NCBI GenBank assembly: GCA_964612945.1
Contig: CAZTFR010000002.1
Span: forward strand, 7,497-71,496
Direction: 5' to 3'
DNA from: an uncultured Thermoplasmatales archaeon
Lineage (GTDB): Archaea; Thermoplasmatota; E2; DHVEG-1
DNA: 64,000 nucleotides
Position numbers and translations under genes: made by a program. Positions 58,767 through 64,000 of the stretch are shown here, piece by piece. Below the pieces are notes generated by a model. The model was not told the DNA's origin, made no database searches, and saw nothing but the letters and a program-made list of their open reading frames with translations. Each line of letters opens with the position of its first letter. The stretch's first letter is position 1.

Positions 58767-61136
58767 ATGGGGGGAGCAACAACAACCCAAGAACGCTTGT
58801 TCCAAGACAAACACTACCCTTTCAGCTGCTTTGAAGTCGACATCAGTGCTGCCACAGACAACGAACTCGTCGAGATCAGCACCCAGATGGGCCTTGCCTT
58901 GTCTCTTTCAGAGATGAAACAGATTGCCACATACTTCAAAGAAAAAAACAGAAAACCTACCGACGTCGAACTTCAAGCCCTCGGACAAGCATGGAGTGAA
59001 CATTGCTGCTATAAATCAAGCAAAATTCCACTTCAAAAACATGTATTTGGAATAGAAGAACAAAAAATAATTGCCCGAGAGGATGCCGGCGTCGTCACCT
59101 TTGACAACGACCATTACTACTGCGCCGCCCTCGAATCACACAACCATCCCAGCGCCATCGAACCCTACGGAGGAGCAGCCACCGGCATCGGTGGCATCGT
59201 CAGAGATATCGTCTGCATGGGCTCTCAACCCATCGCCTTCATCGACCCTCTCTTCTTTGGCACCCTTGATCAAAAATTCAGAGACCTCCCCAAAGGAGTC
59301 AAACACCCTGTGTATCTCTTCAAAGGAGTCGTCGATGGCATCCGCGACTACGGAAACCGCATCGGCATACCCACCCTCTGCGGCCAAGTCTACTTTCACC
59401 CCGGCTACACCGGCAACTGTCTCGTCAACGTCGGATGCATCGGCGTGATGAAGAAAAAAGAACTCATACACAGCCGCGCAAAAGCACCCGGAAACATCTA
59501 TGTTTATGTGGGTGGAAAAACAGGACGCGATGGCATCCATGGAGTTACCTTTGCCTCCGCAGAGCTCACCGATGACAGCGAAGAAAGCAGCCGATCTGCC
59601 GTCCAAGTAGGAGACCCTATCACCAAAGAACCAGTGATTCATGTCACCCTGGAATGCAACCGCAAAGGACTACTCGAAGGACTCAAAGACTTCGGCGGCG
59701 GCGGACTTTCCTGTGTCTGCGGAGAGCTTGCCTATGCCGCAGATCTTGGCTGTGAAATCCATCTTGACAATGTCCCCCTCAAAGAAGAGGGACTCTCACC
59801 CTGGGAGATCTGGGTCTCAGAAAGCCAAGAACGCATGATGTTTCTGGTCAAACCCGAAAACGTCGACAAAGTACTTCACATCTGCAAGCAATGGGATGTC
59901 ACCGCTGTTCCCATTGGAGAAGTCATCAAGGATCAACTCGTTCGAGTGTATTACAAACAAAAACAAATCCTTGAGATGGATCTGGAGTTTCTCACCGGAG
60001 GACCGATCTATGATTCCTGCACACGACCCTATGTTGCAAAAAAAATCGATGAACAGATTCCCACGTTTGATCCGCCAAAAGATCTCTCAGAAAGTCTTCT
60101 CTCTATTCTCAGTTCCCCATCAGTTGCCTCCAAAGAATGGGTGATCCGCCAGTATGATCACGAAGTCCGCGGGAACACCGTCATTAAACCCCTACAGGGC
60201 CGACTGGGCCAGGAGGCCCATGGGGATGCCGCAGTCATCAAACCCTTGGAGAATTCCTATCGTGGTCTTGCCGTCACCGCAGATGTCAACCCCCAGTTCA
60301 TGGAACAACACCCTTACCATGGTGCCCGCTCCGCAGTTGATGAAATCTGCAGAAACTTAACTGCGGTGGGCGCCCGTCCAGATGCCTTACTTGACTGCCT
60401 GAATTTTGGGAACCCGGAAAAACCAGAACGCATGGGGGAATTTTATGAGGCATGCAGAGGGCTTGGTGATATGGCCCGAGCACTGAAACTTCCCTTTATG
60501 TCTGGGAATGTGAGTTTCTACAATGAATCCACAAAAACCGCGGTTCCGCCCACTCCTGAGCTCGTTGGAATTGGCATTGTTGATGACATCCGCAGTTGCA
60601 AAACAGCGGATTTAAAACAAGAACATTCTCTTCTGTATCTCATCGGTGGTCCCACTCAAAACGAGCTGGGTGGCTCAGAATATTTTAAAACGCGAAAGAT
60701 ACAGGGGGGAAAAGTACCTCGAAGTAATATTTCCTTGCTGAAACAATGCATCAAAGGCCTTCTAAACGTTATTTCTGAGCAGTATGTCTTATCGTGTCAT
60801 GATCTTAGTGAAGGCGGACTGGGTGTCTGTCTTGCAGAAATGTGCATTGGCGGTAACATTGGTGCCACCATTGATCTGGGAATACTGCAGGCAACACTTC
60901 GAGATGATATTCTGCTGTTTTCAGAGTCAAACACCCGCTGGGTGGTCGAAGTTGATCCTGCAGAAAAAGCATTGTTTGAACACGCACTACAAAAACAGAA
61001 CGTACCTATCTGTCCTCTTGGAAACGTAACGGGTGGTGCATTGCAGGTGAACCATGATGAAAACCAACGGGTTAGTTTGTCCGTAGATGATCTTCGATCT
61101 GCCTGGTCGTCTCCGCTATGGAAACGGATGGGCTAA
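58767..61136 (+). CDS. purL: Phosphoribosylformylglycinamidine synthase II (small PurL)
   Basis: 789 aa, two PurM-like repeats (GAATGIGGIVRD...; ...SGNVSFYNES...). Confidence 0.85.
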   Translation: MGGATTTQERLFQDKHYPFSCFEVDISAATDNELVEISTQMGLALSLSEMKQIATYFKEKNRKPTDVELQALGQAWSEHCCYKSSKIPLQKHVFGIEEQKIIAREDAGVVTFDNDHYYCAALESHNHPSAIEPYGGAATGIGGIVRDIVCMGSQPIAFIDPLFFGTLDQKFRDLPKGVKHPVYLFKGVVDGIRDYGNRIGIPTLCGQVYFHPGYTGNCLVNVGCIGVMKKKELIHSRAKAPGNIYVYVGGKTGRDGIHGVTFASAELTDDSEESSRSAVQVGDPITKEPVIHVTLECNRKGLLEGLKDFGGGGLSCVCGELAYAADLGCEIHLDNVPLKEEGLSPWEIWVSESQERMMFLVKPENVDKVLHICKQWDVTAVPIGEVIKDQLVRVYYKQKQILEMDLEFLTGGPIYDSCTRPYVAKKIDEQIPTFDPPKDLSESLLSILSSPSVASKEWVIRQYDHEVRGNTVIKPLQGRLGQEAHGDAAVIKPLENSYRGLAVTADVNPQFMEQHPYHGARSAVDEICRNLTAVGARPDALLDCLNFGNPEKPERMGEFYEACRGLGDMARALKLPFMSGNVSFYNESTKTAVPPTPELVGIGIVDDIRSCKTADLKQEHSLLYLIGGPTQNELGGSEYFKTRKIQGGKVPRSNISLLKQCIKGLLNVISEQYVLSCHDLSEGGLGVCLAEMCIGGNIGATIDLGILQATLRDDILLFSESNTRWVVEVDPAEKALFEHALQKQNVPICPLGNVTGGALQVNHDENQRVSLSVDDLRSAWSSPLWKRMG

Positions 61137-62252
61137 TTAGAGCAGGGTATGTGACTGTTCGCAGACAAACAGGTTCACACCGACATGTTTAATGCAGGCA
61201 TCAAGCACCGTCTGTGGATTGAGTGGTGCCCGGCTGGGGCAGAGCTCAATGGTGTAGGCAAGAATTTGATGTTCTGCGTACAACCAGTTTTCTGATGTTC
61301 CAAGAGTGCCACAAAACCTGGGTATGAGATACTCTCGGGTGCCGTATTGTCCGTAGATCCGTAGTTCGTAGCCGTTGATATCAGCCATACCGCGTCCAAT
61401 GGAACGGAACAAATGCTCATGTGGGGTTCGTCTGCTGGTATGCATCCATGGAAAAATCATCCATTCGCCATAGTCATGGTAGGAAAGTGACAGGACGATA
61501 TCATAGGTGTCGGCAACCTGTTTTACTGCTTGTGATTCAGGCTCGGAGAAGGGCTCTGGTCCACGGTAGATAGGGCTACTTTCTCGTGAGGTCCACTGAT
61601 TGTTATACCAGGCGGGAAAGATTTTGTAGAAAATCCATCGATGTCCATAGTTACGGTTCAGATCAACACCATAGGGTGCTGCCCCGTTTTTGCGAGTGTT
61701 TGCTTCTACACCATCTGGGTTTACCATTGGTATAATGTAGAGCTCAGTGGAATCGATGATTGAGTGGATGCGTTCTTCTGAAGGGTCTTCATCGACGGCC
61801 CCATCACCATCATTGTCTCTTCCATCCAGATGGTCCTCATTTGTTTTTCCATCAAGGTCATTATCGATGTTCTGTTGGGTGTAGTTTTGGGTGATACTGT
61901 CGAGGAAATAGAGAAGGACTTCATAGGATGGTTTTTCGTTTCCATGGTGTGCACCCATAAGAAGCACTCCAGGTTCATCTGGTTCTTCTTGATCGGGGTT
62001 ATCTGAGAGTTTGACCATCCAGATATCTCGGTTTTGATGTGTGGTTCCTATGGAGGTGAGTGTGAGAATGTCTGAATAGTTTTCTTGGAGTTGATGAAGA
62101 AAGGTGGTCATTTCATCATAAGTGTAATACTGATAACTTGGAGCCTGAAGTGGGGCTTGTGTTGCCGAAATTGAAACGCTTGTTAGAAATAAAAGAACGC
62201 ATAAGACGAGTACGCTAAGTCTTGTGTAATATTTTTTTGGTTGATTTACCAT
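61137..62252 (-). CDS. Secreted zinc carboxypeptidase (peptidase M14)
   Basis: Signal peptide; GAHHGNEKPS (HxxE zinc ligands); convergent and abutting purL. Confidence 0.65.
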   Translation of the reverse strand: MVNQPKKYYTRLSVLVLCVLLFLTSVSISATQAPLQAPSYQYYTYDEMTTFLHQLQENYSDILTLTSIGTTHQNRDIWMVKLSDNPDQEEPDEPGVLLMGAHHGNEKPSYEVLLYFLDSITQNYTQQNIDNDLDGKTNEDHLDGRDNDGDGAVDEDPSEERIHSIIDSTELYIIPMVNPDGVEANTRKNGAAPYGVDLNRNYGHRWIFYKIFPAWYNNQWTSRESSPIYRGPEPFSEPESQAVKQVADTYDIVLSLSYHDYGEWMIFPWMHTSRRTPHEHLFRSIGRGMADINGYELRIYGQYGTREYLIPRFCGTLGTSENWLYAEHQILAYTIELCPSRAPLNPQTVLDACIKHVGVNLFVCEQSHTLL

Positions 62253-62332
62253 TATTCCCCCAGAATTATATTACAATTTGCTGTATTTAAAGCTTTGTAC
62301 TGCAGTATTTCTCTTCCTATTTTTGATTATTT

Positions 62333-62393
62333 TTAGGCATACCGAAATTTATTTATAGTCCTGAAACGTAATACAATATTTAGGCATACCTAA
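62333..62393. promoter_or_regulatory. Two copies of a TTAGGCATACC(G/T)AA box, 17-77 bp upstream of feoA; candidate DtxR/IdeR-family iron box
   Basis: Direct repeat TTAGGCATACCGAA (62333-62346) and TTAGGCATACCTAA (62380-62393). The second has palindromic arms TTAGG-N4-CCTAA resembling the TTAGG...CCTAA halves of the DtxR consensus. Confidence 0.4.
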
Positions 62394-62409
62394 CTTTATT
62401 GGTGACCTC

Positions 62410-62652
62410 ATGAGCACACAAATAATTCCCCTCACTGACGTGCCCCTCTATAAAACAGCACGCATACAAAGCATTCGCGGCGGCTTTGGCCTCCAACGAA
62501 AACTCCGCGTCATGGGCATACGCGAAGGCGAACGCATCAAACTTCTCAGCCGCCAACCCCTTCGTGGACCACTCACCATCCATGTCTGCGGATGTCAGAT
62601 GACCCTTGGCAGAGGCATGGCACGACACATCCTCGTGGAAGTGATCGAATAA
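62410..62652 (+). CDS. feoA: Ferrous iron transport protein A
   Basis: 80 aa SH3-like FeoA domain (...GFGLQRKLRVMGIREGERIKLL...). Confidence 0.75.
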   Translation: MSTQIIPLTDVPLYKTARIQSIRGGFGLQRKLRVMGIREGERIKLLSRQPLRGPLTIHVCGCQMTLGRGMARHILVEVIE

Positions 62653-62666
62653 AAAAAATAGTCCTC

Positions 62667-64000
62667 ATGGGAAACCCCAATGTGGGAAAAAGCGTGGTCT
62701 TCTCACGCCTCACCGGAGCAAACGTCATTGCCTCCAACTACCCCGGGACCACCGTCGACTTCTCCAAAGGAAAAATACGTCTTGACACGGAACGCGCTGA
62801 AGTCATCGACGCACCCGGCACCTACTCACTTGACCCCTCAAACAAAGCAGAAGAAGTCGCCGTACAAATGCTTCAGGATGCAGACATCATCATCAACGTT
62901 GTTAACGCCACCAACCTCGAACGAAACCTCTACCTCACCTTAGAACTCCTTGAACTGGGAAAACCTATAATCATCGCCCTTAACCTCTGGGATGAAACCC
63001 ATCACCTCGGCATCGAAATCGACATAGAACAACTCACCGAGCTTCTTGGCGTCCCTATCGTTCCCACCACCGCTCTCACCGGACAGGGAATCAAAGACCT
63101 CGTCACCCACCTCACCAAAATCGGGCCTGCCACACCAAAAAACATCACCGATGATGATGAACGATGGAAAGAAATCGGCCACATCATCAAACAAGTTGAA
63201 ACAATCACCCATCGCCATCACACCCTCCGCGACCGCCTCTCCGATCTCACCATACGACCTGCAACCGGCCTTCCCATCGCCGCAGGAATCATCCTTGCCG
63301 CCTTCTGGATCGTTCGCTTCATCGGAGAAACACTGATAACATATTTCTTTGACCCCATTTTCAACACCTACTATCTTCCCCTCATCGAACAACTCAGCGA
63401 AATCCTGGGCCCTGGCATCCTTCATACGATTCTCATCGGCGAATACGGAACATCCATCGATTTCATCGAATCACTCGGCATGCTCACCACCGGACTCTAC
63501 GTCCCCCTCGCAGCAGTCCTCCCCTACATCATCGCCTTCTACTTCATGCTCTCCGTCCTCGAAGACTCCGGCTACCTCCCACGGCTTGCAACCATCCTCG
63601 ACAACGTCTTTCATAAACTCGGCATGCACGGCCACGGCATCGTCCCCCTGTTCCTCGGACTCGGCTGCAACGTACCTGGTGCCCTCTCCACACGAACCCT
63701 TGAGACACGAAAACAACGATTCATCTCCGCAACACTGCTTGCCATCTGTGTCCCCTGCATGGCACAAATGGCCATGGTCTTCGGCATCCTCGGACAATAC
63801 GGCGTCCTCTACATCGGTCTGGTCTTTGCCACCCTCGCAGTTCTCTACCTCATCCTCGGCCTCATCCTCAACCGCTTCATCAAAGGAGAAAGCCCTGAAA
63901 TCTTTCTTGAGATACCATCCTACCGACGGCCAAGCATGCGCGCCGCCCTCAAAAAAACATGGATGCGCATCCGCTGGTTCCTCAAAGAAGCAATACCCTT
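62667..64000 (+). CDS. feoB: Ferrous iron transport protein B (5' part; continues beyond window end)
   Basis: Manual translation MGNPNVGKSVVFSRLTGANVIASNYPGTTVD... (G1/G2 motifs of the FeoB GTPase), then the membrane domain. Absent from the ORF track because it has no stop in the window; minus-strand ORFs inside it are spurious. Confidence 0.8.
   Translation, partial: MGNPNVGKSVVFSRLTGANVIASNYPGTTVDFSKGKIRLDTERAEVIDAPGTYSLDPSNKAEEVAVQMLQDADIIINVVNATNLERNLYLTLELLELGKPIIIALNLWDETHHLGIEIDIEQLTELLGVPIVPTTALTGQGIKDLVTHLTKIGPATPKNITDDDERWKEIGHIIKQVETITHRHHTLRDRLSDLTIRPATGLPIAAGIILAAFWIVRFIGETLITYFFDPIFNTYYLPLIEQLSEILGPGILHTILIGEYGTSIDFIESLGMLTTGLYVPLAAVLPYIIAFYFMLSVLEDSGYLPRLATILDNVFHKLGMHGHGIVPLFLGLGCNVPGALSTRTLETRKQRFISATLLAICVPCMAQMAMVFGILGQYGVLYIGLVFATLAVLYLILGLILNRFIKGESPEIFLEIPSYRRPSMRAALKKTWMRIRWFLKEAIP

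Noticed and set aside
62940-63797. Minus-strand ORFs 62940..63425 and 63471..63797 (Gly/Asp/Glu-rich low-complexity translations)
   Set aside because: They lie antisense inside the plus-strand feoB reading frame, which translates to canonical FeoB G-domain and membrane sequence. They are mirror-frame artefacts.

Overview
This is an archaeal chromosomal segment with densely packed genes on both strands. The archaeal assignment rests on a mevalonate-pathway operon (isopentenyl phosphate kinase, IDI type 2, GGPP synthase), an archaeal-type GluRS, aEF-1beta with its upstream Zn-ribbon partner, Pelota, an NFACT/Rqc2 homologue, and an initiator-like tRNA-Met with an A1:U72 pair. Most of the window is core metabolism: purF/purM/purS/purL, pyrF, thiL, gpmA, xth, a glycogen synthesis/degradation cluster, and a surface-glycosylation locus containing a radical-SAM/SPASM enzyme. 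Two tRNAs sit close together (tRNAi-Met on the minus strand, tRNA-Leu(UAG) on the plus strand), and feoAB runs off the 3' end. There are no CRISPR arrays, IS elements or rRNA genes. The window encodes an unusually large set of secreted peptidases: M14 x2, M28, a signal-peptide-bearing pyroglutamyl peptidase, a clan-CD lipoprotein, plus M29 and M32 without signal peptides. Several of the secreted proteins share a ~90-aa C-terminal Ig-like module. The candidate novel items are listed here in order of interest. (1) A DMT/EamA-like permease is C-terminally fused to an Lrp/AsnC RAM ligand-binding domain and is translationally coupled to a free-standing RAM-domain protein. (2) A B12-like/radical-SAM protein with a C-terminal helix-hairpin-helix lies next to a dsRBD-less Mini-III RNase III. 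(3) NFACT and Pelota are adjacent, suggesting a ribosome-rescue pair. (4) An AT-rich islet carries a secreted hypothetical protein and a decayed tandem paralogue. (5) A possible small RNA ends in a ~28-nt poly(T) tract. (6) A DtxR-type iron-box-like direct/inverted repeat lies upstream of feoA. All calls were made by eye from the sequence and the ORF track; no database searches were run.
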